The notes below the pieces were generated by a model. The model ran no database searches and was not told where the DNA came from. It saw only the letters and a list, made by a program, of their open reading frames with translations. This document shows, piece after piece, positions 50,421-63,144 of a stretch of DNA of 64,000 nt (the first letter of the stretch is position 1; the number at the start of each line of letters is the position of its first letter). The position numbers and the translations under genes are program-made. Source of the stretch: Lama guanicoe (taxonomy: Eukaryota); NCBI GenBank assembly GCA_013239625.1, contig MU053216.1, positions 1,514,943 through 1,578,942 on the forward strand, in the 5' to 3' direction.

Positions 50421-52119
50421 CAGAAAAAAAAGTTAAAATTAAATTAAACTTGTTGAAAGTTAGGTGACACAAAACTTTTCATCCTCCCCTTTAGAAAAAC
50501 TGCTACAATTCTACTTGGAAGAGTTGGCAATGTTTTTAGCAGGATGTCAAAAATGACCTTGGGCCATGTTGGCAAAGCACAGAGGGGAAAAGGTAGCTGA
50601 TCCAAGGTCAAACTTGGCCTTTTTAAAAAGTTGTTCTTCCTAAGTGCACGGCAGAGCTCCTTTATGTAGGAACAGGTTACCCGGTAGGCTGTGGGGCCCA
50701 CAGCAGTCCTAAATCTTACTAATCTTCTCTGGAATGAAACCAGCAGGATTCAAAGAGAAAAGGGCGTCTGGGACATTTCCTAATCCCTGAGTCCTTTCCC
50801 TTTTCTATTAAAAAAGGATTACTAGCTTAATGTCATTGTTTCTTTTTAAATTCCTGGCAGTGTTGCTAGATGTACGCAGGGTATGTCACTGAGTGATCGT
50901 AAAGATGTCATCAGCGCATCAGAAAGCACAGGCCTGTTGCAGTGCCTGCTTCTAAGACCCTTGATCTAACGTGCACTCGAGTTTAGAAAGAAAATGCAAA
51001 ATATGACAGATATCAAGCTACCTTTGTGTTAGTTTAATCTTTGTGCTAACCACAGGGCCACAGAAATTTGAGAACCAGACAGAATCTTTGTAAAGACCAC
51101 AGTTCAGGGTAGTGACGCAGAACACGGGCGATGGCGCCCAATTCCCTGAGCCCTCAGCTTGGCTCTGTGACTCAACAGGCCGGTAATCCCAGGCGAGGTA
51201 GCCAACTGCCTGGAAACTGAGTTTCTCTCGTCTACAAAACAGCAGGAATCACAATAACTGACCCTGTCTTATGGGGGGCTGGGGGGGCTGGGGATTGAAT
51301 GAGAGGATGTGCGCGTCCTGCCTAAAGAGGGGACTCAACAGCAATGGCCGGTTTACTGGATTACTGAGTCCCAAAGCTGAGGTTCCCGGGTGAGGGAACT
51401 GCACTGGGAGCCCCGCCGCTGTCCCTGCCACCGAGCTGCGACGCAGCCCGGCTCTGACGTCTCTCCTCCACTTCCGCTTTGGACTTCAAATTAATGTCCA
51501 TCATCCTGTTGCAATTCTTTGTTGTGGACCCCAAAATGCAGCCGAATATAACACCTACAAAGTGGGAAAACAATATGCTCATTTCAATAATTCAAAAATT
51601 ATGAAACTGGATAAATTGTAATAGATTTGTATCCTGAGACCAATAATTAGAATGAGTTCATCATTTTTAAAAATCTGAACATAATGGAAGGCTTGCTTGA
51701 CTGCCAAACACTTTCTACATTTTCTTTTGGTTTGTCGCCCTCTGATGGATCAAAAAACCACTTCGTTTTATTTCCAGAATAACTGGATTATTTTGGATAG
51801 GTTTTGCTCCTGTTAGGAGCTTATCTGTTGTCAGCCTGGTTCATGTGAAATTTCTAGAAAACTATCTTTCCTGGATGGGAATCTCTGCAGAGGCTCAGAT
51901 TCAGGGAGGGCAGAACATCGGCTCTCTGGCACTGAGAAGAACATGCAAAGACACAGGAGGCGTATTCAGAAAGGGACAGGGGGTTTGGATGGCTGAGAAT
52001 AAAGTACAAGAGACTGGGGGTGACAGGCAGTGGTCAGACACCAAGTGGAAGAGTGAGCAGCAACCCAATCACAGGGCCTTTTAAATTATGTTTGAATCTC
52101 ATTTTGTAGGTAATGGGAG

Positions 52120-52380
52120 TTGTATTAGTTAGGATTAGGCAGCAAAAACAGGAAACTCAAATAAGTGGCTTTTAAAACAAAATAATGGAAGGCTGTCGGT
52201 TTATTTCTGTCTATGTAATAGAAGTCAGGAAGTAAGCAGTCCAAGGTCTGATATGAAGCTCCCTGGCATCAGGGATCCAGGCCCCTTCTAATTCCTACTC
52301 CATCCCTAGGATGTGGCCTTCATCCTCATGGTCCAAAATAGCTGCCAGAGCTCCAGCCATCATTTGCATATATCCCATTG
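52120..52380. mobile_element. MLT1 (ERVL-MaLR) LTR relic
   Basis: tgtattagttaggattagg...ttcatcctcatggtccaaaatagctgccagagctccagccatc. Confidence 0.6.
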
Positions 52381-54067
52381 GACATGTACATCTACACACT
52401 AATCTCAATTTTCCCAGGAAATACACTAACTGATTTCTACCTCCTAGCCAGTATTTCCATTTTGTTCCCTAGCTCCCCATTTCACAGAAGAACAAGCAGT
52501 GAAATGAGGCTGAGGAGGTGCAGAAGACTCTGAAACTGAGGAGAGAGTTCAGAAAACACCAGGAGAGTAATTTAAAATGGGGCGGTGTCCGGTCATCTAA
52601 ATGCTGCACAGAGCTCAATTCACACAAGCTTGGCAGGTTGGCTTTTATAAGAGCCAATTTTTTTTTCAGATGAGAGAGATGCTGAAGTGGGGGGGGTGCC
52701 GCAGGGAGGTCTCCGGGGGATGTGGAAGATGGATCCAGGATCCAGGTATGAGGCCTGCCCTGAGGAGCAGCAGGGACACCTGTTGCTCCAAGGCCAAGGG
52801 AGACAAGAGCTTAAATGAAGAAAAGTTTGCAGCTGATGGTGAATGAGATCTCAGACTAAGAAAGATTACCAACAGCATTACCTTAGATGAGAGAAGCATA
52901 GTTGGTTCTGATTTTATTCCCATTTAGGGAGGCCTTATGTTCCAGGCTACATGTGTTCAAGTTTCATACGCATGATCTATGTTAACTCACAAATATCTGA
53001 GTTAACTACGCACAGTCAAACCATATAGCAATTTAAATTTACATTCAGTAATGTGCCACATTTAAAACTGTTTCATGTGCATTTCACATGCATTACCTAA
53101 TTTGATTTTTCTAGCTATTACTGATGTATCATCTCTTCAATTTACAGGTCAAGAAGCCAAGAGTCAGGGAGGTAAAAGTAATCAGAGTGGCAAGCAGGTT
53201 TGATGACTTTAGATCCCCAAAGGAGCTATTGTTTAATGAGTCAAACATGAAAACAGGTTTGAACAATCGGGCATTTAAAAGAGCTGCCGCATTAGCAGTA
53301 AGGAAGGGCTCTCTCCACCTGAGCTGGAGGGCAAAGCCCAGATGTATGCGTGTGGGAGGGGGCGTCCCGGGCTACAGGCCCCCAAGCTCGCGATGAAAGG
53401 AGGTTCATCCTGGCTGCTCACCCTTCAACCTCGTGTGGCTGAATCTGCATTTTCTAGATTCCTTTTTCTTCAATCAAAAAGTACAAAAGAGCGCAGTTCT
53501 AAGAAAGTTCTAATCAAATTGAAGTAAAATGGAGATTAGGACTGCTCCCCCTTGGAGATAGTTTTTTCTTGCTCTCTCTTGATTTTTCATACAGTCCAGT
53601 GAGTCCAGTACAAAAGGACTCCCCATTTCATCTCGTGGTTATTTCTGGGGATTAAATCGTAATCCTCAGCCTTCATAAAGTCAGCTGTGTCATTACCATC
53701 GTTGACAGCCTATCAAATGCATGATCGCAGCCCCTCAGCGCTGGCCGTGAACAGGACTTTGCCGCATTTTGGAGGTGTTATTAGGCGATGCAGTTGCGTG
53801 CGTTACATTCACTGAGTGTAACCCCATGCCTGGCTCTAAGCTGAGCACTTTGCATTCGCTGACTTAATCCTCATGACAGCCCTAGCATGTGCAGTCCCCA
53901 GATGAGGAAGCTGGGGTCCCCAGGAGTGACTCCTGCCGTGGGTCAGCTGTGGGCAGGATTTCAAGAAAAACGCACCATCTTGGTGTAATACATAAAAGAA
54001 CAAGAGATACCGCTTTGGGGAAGACCCCTGGTTCTCCTTGCTTGCTGCAAGTAATAAATCCTTCCTT

Positions 54068-54105
54068 CACACACACACACACATACACACACGCGCGCGC
54101 GCGCG
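54068..54105. repeat. (CA)n(CG)7 compound microsatellite
   Basis: cacacacacacacacatacacacacgcgcgcgcgcgcg. Confidence 0.9.
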
Positions 54106-54502
54106 ACAGAAATCCCTCTTTTGTAATCTGGAGGTGGCTCACAGACAGCCCGTGATTCTGTGCAGTATTATTCCTTTGGCTGGAATTAAATTGGGAGTTT
54201 CTAACAGAAAGAATGAGAAGAGGGAAGTGAGGCTGGTGCTCTAAGAAGGTCCTCTTGAGAGTTCTGTGTGGGGCCTGGGGAGACAGGAGGCAGACAAGGC
54301 ATGGCTCCACCTAGGGCTCAGAGTCTGGGGCAGGGTCTGCTCTTCAGGCCACGCACTGTCTGGTTCTAGTTCACTGGTAATTGTAACTTTAATCTGTAAT
54401 ATTTTAAACAATTGATTTGTAAATTTAATTTAATGACCCTTAATTGTTGTAATAGAATTATTTTTCCTTATTAAAAAAAATTCTTGTTTTCTTTGCCGAA
54501 GA

Positions 54503-54571
54503 CACTGGGGATTGGACCCAGGCCCTCACGCGTGCCAAGCATGTGCTCTGACCAGGGAGCTCGCCTCCCCC
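54503..54571 (-). mobile_element. tRNA-Ala-derived SINE (Vic-1-like), degenerate
   Basis: cactggggattggacccaggccctcacgcgtgccaagcatgtgctct. Confidence 0.75.
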
Positions 54572-55212
54572 CAGCTCCTGCGGTTCCGTGGTTTCCCTCA
54601 TTTTGAACCATTTAAAACATTCTCTCAGGGTTGGCCATTGGGAGCTTTTTCCAGTTGGGGGCGAGGGGGCAGGGGCTGCATGCTTTTTGGTTTACACTGA
54701 AATATTTTCCAAGAATAAATTTTTGTAGTGCAGTTACTAGGTCAAAGAATATGAGTATCTTCATGGCTCTTCCAATACAGTATCATGTTGCTACGTAGGC
54801 GGATTTGCTATTTACTCAACAAATATTTGCCTAGTGTTTTTTCTATATCAGGGCTTACACTAAGCAGGCGGGGTCCGCTATGAAAGGGTGGGGTCCCTGC
54901 CCTCGAGAATCTCATCCATTTCTGTCACTAGAAATGTGTACTTTAAATTTTGATGCAACATCACCAGCACCAAAACTAAAAAGCTTTTTTTTTTTACTTG
55001 TACCTAATTTATTTTTTCACTTGCATTTAATGGCTGGATTTTCCATTCTATTTTTTTCTGAATTATTTTTGTGTGTATTTTGTCCATTTTTATATTTTAT
55101 TTATTTTATTCTTCTATTTGTAACTTTATTTTCCTTGTGTAATTGAAAGAGATCTTTGCATTTTCTGTCACATTTAGTGTATTTTTCTAGTTATTTACTA
55201 CATTTTAGTTTT

Positions 55213-55322
55213 TGGGGGGTAATTAGGTTTATTTATTTTTAGAATTGGTACTGGGGATTGAACATAGGACCTTGTGTAGGCTAAGCATGTGCTCTACCAC
55301 TTGAGCTATACCCTCCCTCCCC
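55213..55322 (-). mobile_element. tRNA-Ala-derived SINE (Vic-1-like)
   Basis: ggtaattaggtttattt...ggtactggggattgaacataggacc...gagctataccctcc. Confidence 0.9.
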
Positions 55323-56049
55323 TACATTTTAGACATTTTGAACTATACATGTGTTTAAAATATTTATGTATTTTGAGTTTGTCAGTCTTTTCTTGCCATA
55401 TTTTCTTTTGCTTCTAGACTTGATTATTTTCCCATAGATCTGATACATTCTTTTTTCTGATGGTTTCTCTATAATTTAACTTTAATATTTTTAGAGTGAT
55501 TTTTAACAGTGACGTTTCGCACAAGTACTTTATCATCCATTCAGTTTTTCCATCCAGTTAGAATCAGTTCTGGTTTCCCTTTCCATCCCATTGAATACAT
55601 TTCCATTAGCTGCCTTTTTGCTGTTTAAAAAGTAAAGCTGCGTTATGATATCTGCTTGAGTAGAGTCCCTCTCACTGACCTGGTTTTTTTCAGCATGTAT
55701 TATTATCATTTTTTCATGTTTCAAAATCTTACTGGAATATTTTTAGAAACTGAGTGATATTTGACCATGCGCTCTTTGGAATTACACTTACCACCACTTG
55801 CTAGTTGCCGATTTTTTGAACTTTAAGTCTAAACCTCAGTCCCTCATCTGTACTGGGGATCATATTAACATGTACCTCGTAAGACTTTCAAGATTAAATG
55901 AGAAATTCCATGTAAGGCATTTAGCACCCTTCCCAACTCCGGGTTTTGCACAAGAAATACTGGAAAAGGGTGAATGTGGTTAACTTGGGGGCAAACAGCC
56001 ATTTCCGCACCAAGAAGTCCTGGAGGTAAGGCGGTAAGGTGGACGACTG

Positions 56050-56870
56050 CTGGTTTCATCCTGAGGCTGGACAAGCGCGTCGCTGTCGCTCTCCTGGTTC
56101 CAGCACACCTGAAAGGCGCCGGGGATGCTCCGCGCCCGCAGCCCGGAAGGGCGGGGCCCGTTGCCTAGGAGACGCGAGCGCGGGTCGGGGCTCGGATCCG
56201 CAAGACCGGCGGCGCGCTTCCGGGAGGACGTGCGTGCGCGGCGCCCGGCAGCCAATCAGAGGGCGGGGCGCGCATTCAAACCGCGGGCCGGAGGCAGAGG
56301 CGTGAGCGGCGCGGGGCGGCCTGGGGGCTGCGAGGTGGGGCCTGTGGGGCCTGCGGGGCCGGGGGCGGAGCGCCGGTGCGGGGGTGGGAGCGGGGAGAGC
56401 GGCCGGGAGTCGGGGCGGGTCCCCGAGGAGGGACAGGTCCCCGCGGAGGGGCGGGGGCGGTGAGTCTGTGTGTGTGTGTGTGTGGAGGGGGTGCTCTCCA
56501 GGAAAGGCGGGGTCCCCGAGGAGGGGCTCCTGGAGGAGGGCCGCGGGTCCCCGAGGAGGGCTGGGGGCGGCGGGACCCGGGCCTCGCCCTCCGCGCGCGT
56601 TGACCCCTCCGGGCGGCCGGCCGGCCTTAGGGGCGCGTCGCGCGCGGTCCGGGCCCCGAGGTGACCGCTGGGAACACGTCGCCGCGTCTGCGCCCTCTTC
56701 CCTCGGGTCTGACCGCGACCCCCGGAACAAGCAGCCGTCTCTCTCCGCGGAAGTAGCAGACGGCTTTCAGCTGCGGAGCAGGTGCCAGGGATCTTTTCTT
56801 GCCCTCCTATTTCCACAACGGGAAAGTTGCTTGGTTTTAGTGGCGGGGTTGCCGGGAGATGCTTAGATCC
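56050..56870 (+). promoter_or_regulatory. KIF14: KIF14 CpG-island promoter and non-coding exon 1
   Basis: CCAAT 56252-56256, GC box 56261-56268, reverse CHR TTCAAA 56275-56280; candidate donors gtgagc 56302 and gtgagt 56460. Confidence 0.8.
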
Positions 56871-57111
56871 TGGCGAAGTTTTTGGTAATGGTTGTTACTG
56901 ATTTAGAACTTTAAAAGGCTTACCTTTTAAAGTGAACCTCGATTATTTTGTTCCTTCAGAGCAATAATCTCTGGTGTCGACTTTAAAAATACAGTAGCCA
57001 CTTAATTATATTATCAAAAAGAGTTTAGGTGGAAATAGCAGAGGACTGCAGTTCAGGACCAGCTGGAGGAGAATGGGCGGCTCAACAGAAGAGGGGCGCC
57101 CCTGGATGGGC

Positions 57112-57545
57112 ACTTCCCAGATACTGTGGGCTGGGTCCAGATGCCTGCAGTAAAGCTAGACACATGAATTTTGTTTCCCAGCGCATATAAAAGTTATGTT
57201 TGTTATATTGTAGCCTGTTGAGTGTGCAGTAGCGTTATGTCTGAAAACAATGTATATACCTTAATTTAAAATACTGTCTGATAAAAATGCTGACAATTAT
57301 CTGAGCCTTCAGCGTGTCATAGTAGTAACATCAAAGACCACGGATCACAGATCACTGTAATGAGAAAAATACTAATGAAAAAGTCTGGAATATTTTGAAA
57401 ATTAGCAAAATATGACACAGACATGAAGGGAGCAAATGCTGCTGGAAACTGGCACTGACTGACTTGCTGATGCAGGGTGCCCACGGACCTTCAATTTGTG
57501 AAAAACGCGGTGTCTGTGAGGGGCAGTAAAGCAGAGGTCTGTGTG
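57112..57545. mobile_element. Tigger1-derived internally deleted DNA transposon
   Basis: ttcccagcgcatataaaagttatgttt...tctgagccttcagcg...gatcacagatcac...accttcaatttgtgaaaaacgc matches both ends of the recalled Tigger1. Confidence 0.8.
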
Positions 57546-58299
57546 GAGAAAAGGAGAGAACTGCACGGAAATTCAGTGAAGGAGAGGGACCGTTGGGGTG
57601 GTGGCGACCTCCAGGTGACCGGGTGCGTATTTCCTCAGTGGCTGAGCCATTGCCGGGCGAGGAGGAACTCTTCCTTCCTCTTTGCCCTGGTATGTGAGGC
57701 AGGTTCTTCCCAGAGTCTGTAAAAAATGACAAGACATAAAACATGAGTGCTCCGTGTGGGGCCTCCCGACTCCGTTTTAAATGAGTTTTTCTTTATTTAC
57801 TTTCACAAGGAAATAGTTTGATCAGGTGTCTCTTTACAAGTTAGAATCAGGTATGCAAGTTTCAAATCAACAGAACCAGTTTGAGAGAGAGCCGACTGGG
57901 AGCCCGCCCTCTTAGCTGTCACCTCGGTTCTCATTTCTTTTAAACGTTACTGCTGGGTAGGTATTGTTGACACACATTTGCATGTGTACCCGTCTCCCTG
58001 CTGTCTGCCTGCTAGAGGGCCGGCTGTCTACTCAACTAACGTTCCGTAACTGTTCTCAGCACAAGCGATTACTTACAGTGTGTTTCATGTTTACTGTCTG
58101 AGGTTCTTACGTGGGAACAGTCTGCCTTGTGGCGCCTCTCAAACTCCCGTCCACGAGGCGTTGCTGTGTGTAGCGTGCGTTCCCAGGTGTCACGGAGATG
58201 CTCCACTGCCACCTTTGGCCTCCCTGCTTGGGCGTCTGTGAGTCCCCATCCTGCTCCCCAGCTGGAGGTGCTTAAAAAGGGCTGCTGATGAGTACTCCT

Positions 58300-59110
58300 T
58301 TCTTTTCTCGCTGTGTTAAAATACACGTGACATTTACCATCTTACCCACTTTCAAGTGTACATCTTTAAAATATATTCGTGTGTTGTGCAGTCATCACTA
58401 CCACCCACCCCCAAAGCTCTTGTCATCTCGTAAGTCTAACTCTGCAGCTGTTAAACAGTGACTGTCCCGGTCCCCCCCACCCCAGCCCCTGGCAACCGCC
58501 AATGTACTTTCTGTCTGTATGATTTTACCTGCTGAGTACCCCAGATATGGGGAGTCATCTCTCATTTGTCTTTTTGTGGCCGGCTTATTTCACTTAGCAT
58601 AATGTCATCAGAGTTCATCCGTATTGTGGCATATTGCAGAATTTCTTTACTTTTTAAGGCTGACTAATCCCATCGTGGGACTGTCCCTCATTTTGATAAG
58701 CCCTTCATTGGTCATGGACACTTGGATTGCTTCCCTGTTTTAGCTATTGTGAATAATGCTGCTATGAACATGGGGTACAAATATCTCTTTGAGACCTTTC
58801 TTTCAATCTTTGGGGCATGTACCTAGCAGTGGAATTGCTATGTCATATGGTAATTTTAATTTTTTGAGGACCGTCCATACTGTTTCCCATAGTGGCCGCA
58901 CCATTTTACCTTCCCACCAACAGTACACCAGTGTCTTCACGTCCTTGTCAGCACTTGTTCTCTGTTTGTTATTTTTTTTGTAGCCATGCTGATGGATGTG
59001 ATGGTGTGATGCTGATGGATGTCTCATGGTGGTTTTGATTTTTATTTGCCTCGTGATTAGTGACATTGAGCATCTTTTTACGTGCTTATTGGCCATTCTG
59101 TGTCTTCTTT
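58300..59110 (-). mobile_element. L1 (L1MA/MB-like) 3' portion
   Basis: cttatttcacttagcataatgtc, gtgaataatgctgctatgaacatgg, ttttttgaggaccgtccatactgtttccc. Confidence 0.85.
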
Positions 59111-59561
59111 GATATGTGCTTTTTATATCTTCTAAGTCTCTTGGCGCCTTTGGTCTGATATAAGGGTCACCTGTGCACTCCTTCTAGGCTAACGAAATGA
59201 AAATGTCTTTGCCGCAGCCCCCGTCAGTGGGCCTGGCACGTAGTGGGAGCCTGGTACGTCCTTGCTGGGTGACGGCTGTAAGCTCTCTAGGTCAGAGATC
59301 TGTCTGAGCACCTTGGGAGCAGTGTCTGACTTGGAGAGCGCCCTACCCTCATATATTCCTCTGGGAAGTTTCTGTCACAGTGGAAGTTTCTCATATTTTT
59401 AAAGCCTGTTTGTAGTCTGTGCAATCTAGATTTATTTATTTATTTTAGCAGATAATTTTGGAACCTGATGCATAAGAAATGGCTGGAAGTCAAGTGAACA
59501 TCCAGAGAAGAGCTTAAAGTTTCTCCAAAAACATCCTTTCTACAAACACCGTGCTACCACG

Positions 59562-60619
59562 ATGTCTGTACACACCGTGTGTGACCGGAGCTCAGGCGGT
59601 GACCTGGGGCTCCCTGCCACCCCGGGGAGGCTGGCGCTGAGCATCCTCGCCCGCAGCCGCCAGCTGCAGCCGGAGTCGGAAACGTCAGCACCTGAGGACG
59701 GGGCTGCGCTGCTGAGACCTGCGGGGAAAGCTGGAGGCATCGACAGCACTTACGTAATTTCTGCCTGTGAAAAACCAGAAGGTGCTCCCCTCCTGCCTCA
59801 CCCTGCGGGCAGATTGACACTTCAGAGGAGAGTCACAAGGAGCAAAGACTCCTCCTTGCTGGGGGGCGAGCGGGGAGGCGCGGCTGAGAAAACAGCAGAG
59901 CCACGGCTGATGCCACGGCGTCACGCTGAAGCAGCTGCTGCGGAAAAGCAGGAAACAACAGAAAGTAACCATTCTTCGCCAGAAACTAGTATAAACTGGA
60001 AAGTTGTAAATCATGATAAAACCTTTTTTGTTGCACCTTCTGTACCTCCAGCTGCAGACCCCAAAGACGCTGACGTGCAGGCTGCTGAAAAATACCAAGG
60101 AACGTTTCCTGCCCGCAGTGGGGCGGGCGAAGGCGTCGCCCTTGGGTCCTCGAGCGACAGAGCCCCCGTTGGCTCCCGGGGTCAGACAGAAGCTGTTAGA
60201 TCAGGGTGCTCGGCCACAAGACCTGCTCAGAGCAAGCTGGATGTGAGAGCGTCAGAAACAGGAAACTTACATCTCAGGGGTGCCGGGAAGGATGTGGCGA
60301 AACTTTCAAATAAATATGAAAGCTTGGAAAAAAGAACGCCCTCGAAGAGCCTTACAGAACACAGGTGGACACCGAAGCGAGGCCTGCCTCAGCTTAAGAG
60401 CCCGGCTGCGTCGGTGCCGAGAAGCAGAGTGCCCAGCCTTCAGGTTAAACAGATGCCCAAAAGTTCCCTGCTCGCAAATAAGAGGGAAAGGTTGCAAGAA
60501 AGTACGTTCCTCCTCGAAGAGGAGCCTGCGCTTCGGAAAACCTCTGCAGAAACAGACCCCTTAAAAGTGGAGAACAGCCAGGTGACAGTGGCGGTCCGAG
60601 TCAGGCCTTTCAGCAGCAG
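59562..60619 (+). CDS. KIF14: KIF14 coding exon 1 (N-terminal extension and start of motor domain)
   Basis: Acceptor ttttagcag at 59443-59451; ORF ends DPLKVENSQVTVAVRVRPFSS; donor AG|gtgcgt (phase 2). Confidence 0.93.
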
Positions 60620-62181
60620 GTGCGTCACCCCTGATTAACCCTGGGCCCAGCAAGTGGCTTGGGGTGTGTCTGGTCCCTCTGCGTGGAAGGTCAGCGTGTT
60701 GGTGCATCTTCAACCTTGGTGATGTTTTAATAGAGAGAACTTCTAGGTTTGGTTGTAGTATGTTCATTATTTTTGATGACTGGCTGGAAACTTAAAAAAA
60801 TCACAGTCATCACATTGTGCAAATGGAAATTTCTCTAGGTATGTTGCTTTTAAGAAGTCTGAACGAGTTAAGTGCCTAACGCAGTCTGCTTTCAAATCTG
60901 TAATGCACAGCGAGATCTTCTAACTTTCCCTTAAAAATGCCGTAGCAGGTCCCTCGTTCCCCAAGATGTCCTTCCAAAACCCAGTCTGGAGTGGTGGCTG
61001 TCCTCATCGTCCCTGATACGCAGTGGTTATCAGTGCACTCGTTTATAATGTCAGATTTTTATGGCAGAAAAGTGTCTCCAAAAGTGCTTGTGGGTGAGAC
61101 CGTCACAGGTTGTGGGTAGAGGGCTGAGAGAGAGGGGCACACAGGCTGTGAATATGGCATCTTTACATAATTTAAGAGATGACTGGAAAACGTCACAGTC
61201 AGTACGTTGAATCTGTTGTGACTCAGTGAGTGGCTGGAGGGCACAGTGACCACTGCCGTGCAGAGGGGCCTCCGGTTCGACCTGCAGGGCCAGCAGTCAC
61301 AGGGTGCTAGAAGCCTTTTAGTGGAATGTGGGGTTGGTGATGAGGGGAGAGACCTCAGCAGGGGAACTAACCGAAGAGCCCCAGGCTGCGGCGGGAAGAG
61401 CGGAGCCCAGGACCTGACTGCCGGGGAGGACCACAGGCTGATCCCAGACTTCCGGGGAGGGGCACTTGTCACACAGATGAGGAAGGTGGTTTCCATGGTA
61501 AATTTTGATCTAACGCAGAGTTGGGGGCAAAGAGAGGGGTCTGGGGCCAGACACGACTGACAGTGTTTTTCTGCAGATCTCGAGTATGTGGAAGAGTTCC
61601 TCCTCAGTCTGAGATGGGAGGAGGGTGGACGTGAAGGCCCACGGTTTTAGGGGAGATGGTCTTGGGTGGGGGGTGCTGCGGATGAGCGGAAATATAACCA
61701 GTGCCAGAAGACACTTAGATTCAAACTTGTGACTAACCAAGTTTGTTGAAATTGCTTCTGTGTTTCTTGCCAGCTTTATGTGGTTTTGCACCTCTAAAAT
61801 TTCTTTATATTAAAATAAGTTTCTGGGTCTGAACTGCAGAGACGGGTGGATTACAGTAGGCAGGATGGGGATCGGGGAGTCAAGAGAAAAAGGGAAAAAT
61901 GGAAGAGCCTCTAAAAGTTGGGTGGATTTTCTGGACAAGGAATCGGGAAGTCTGTTTCCTCCGGAGTGGTGGCTCGGGAGCTACAGGGGGTGTATTTTGG
62001 AAACCTGCTGTGGTTGATTGCTGGTCTGCATTTTCCACATGAAAGGAGAGAGTCGTCCTCCCTGGGCGGACTGTTATGCATGAGACGGGAGCCAGTTTGA
62101 GGCCATTTTTCTGTTCTGTGGGGATAATACTCTGTAAGTAATTACAGCCGTTTGGTGTTTTTCTCTGTGCTGCTTTTGAAG

Positions 62182-62436
62182 AGAGATGACTGAAAGGTCC
62201 CCCCAGGTGGTCTTCATGAACGGGGACGAAGTCGCCGTGGAGCACCCGGGCCTGCGACAGGTCTACAGTTTCGTTTACGACCTTGCCTTCTGGTCTGTTG
62301 ACAAGCGTCACCCCGGCTTCGCCAGCCAGACGGCCGTGTACGCGGCGCTGGCAGCCCCGCTCCTGCAGCAGGCCTTCCAGGGCTACAACACCTGCCTCTT
62401 CGCCTACGGGCAGACCGGCTCCGGGAAGTCGTACAC
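62182..62436 (+). CDS. KIF14: KIF14 coding exon 2 (motor domain, P-loop)
   Basis: ttgaag|A GAG ATG; ...[18 protein letters not shown]; donor AC|gtgcgt; 255 nt. Confidence 0.95.
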
Positions 62437-62789
62437 GTGCGTTTCACCGTCAGCGTGATCATCCAGACATGTTCAAAGCTTCTCATGAGAAGCAGCATGG
62501 TTTGAGAGAAAGAATGTAGATTTGAAACCGCGCAGCTCTGGGCTCAAACCTCGACCATTTTACGTGCAGGTTCTGATAACTCGGGCAAGTTCCTTAATCT
62601 CTGGGCTTCTGTTTGCGCCGGAAATTGTTTATCTTAAAAGCATCATTGGCCCCATTTTACTGTAAATTATATTTCTTATGTAAACCGAAGCCCAGAGAAG
62701 GTATTTTGGAAGGATTATTGTGCGAGTTACAAGTAAGTCACGCCGTCGTGGTCTGGTGGTGGTGCCTGTCCTAGAAGGAAGCAGTCACA

Positions 62790-63050
62790 TTTGATAGCAG
62801 CTGACTTTACCGAGTTCTCACTCTGCCCCAGTCACTGCTCTAAAGGCTCTGTTTCTACTTTTCCACAGCGACCCCCCCTCCCCGAATCAGATAGCTCTGT
62901 TTATTCCCATTTCACAGAAGAGGGGATTGAGGCTCCCAGTATTGGTCCAGTATCTTGTCCAAGGTCACAGAGCTCGTAGGGGTGAAGCCAAGATTTGAAC
63001 TCGGGCGGATCTGGCTCCAGAGCCCAGGTTCTACCCATGAGCTCTCTTCA
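62790..63050. mobile_element. MIR
   Basis: tattcccatttcacagaagaggggattgaggctc...cttgtccaaggtcacag...gatttgaactc. Confidence 0.7.
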
Positions 63051-63144
63051 GCTTGCCCTCCACCCTCTCCCCACCCCAATTCCCCAAAAGGAATTTAAAA
63101 ACTGAATTAGTTTGACTTCTCCCCATTCATAATGTATTTTCCAG

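Noticed and set aside
56056..56866. Overlapping ORFs in the KIF14 CpG island
   Set aside because: GC-content artefacts spanning a TG microsatellite.
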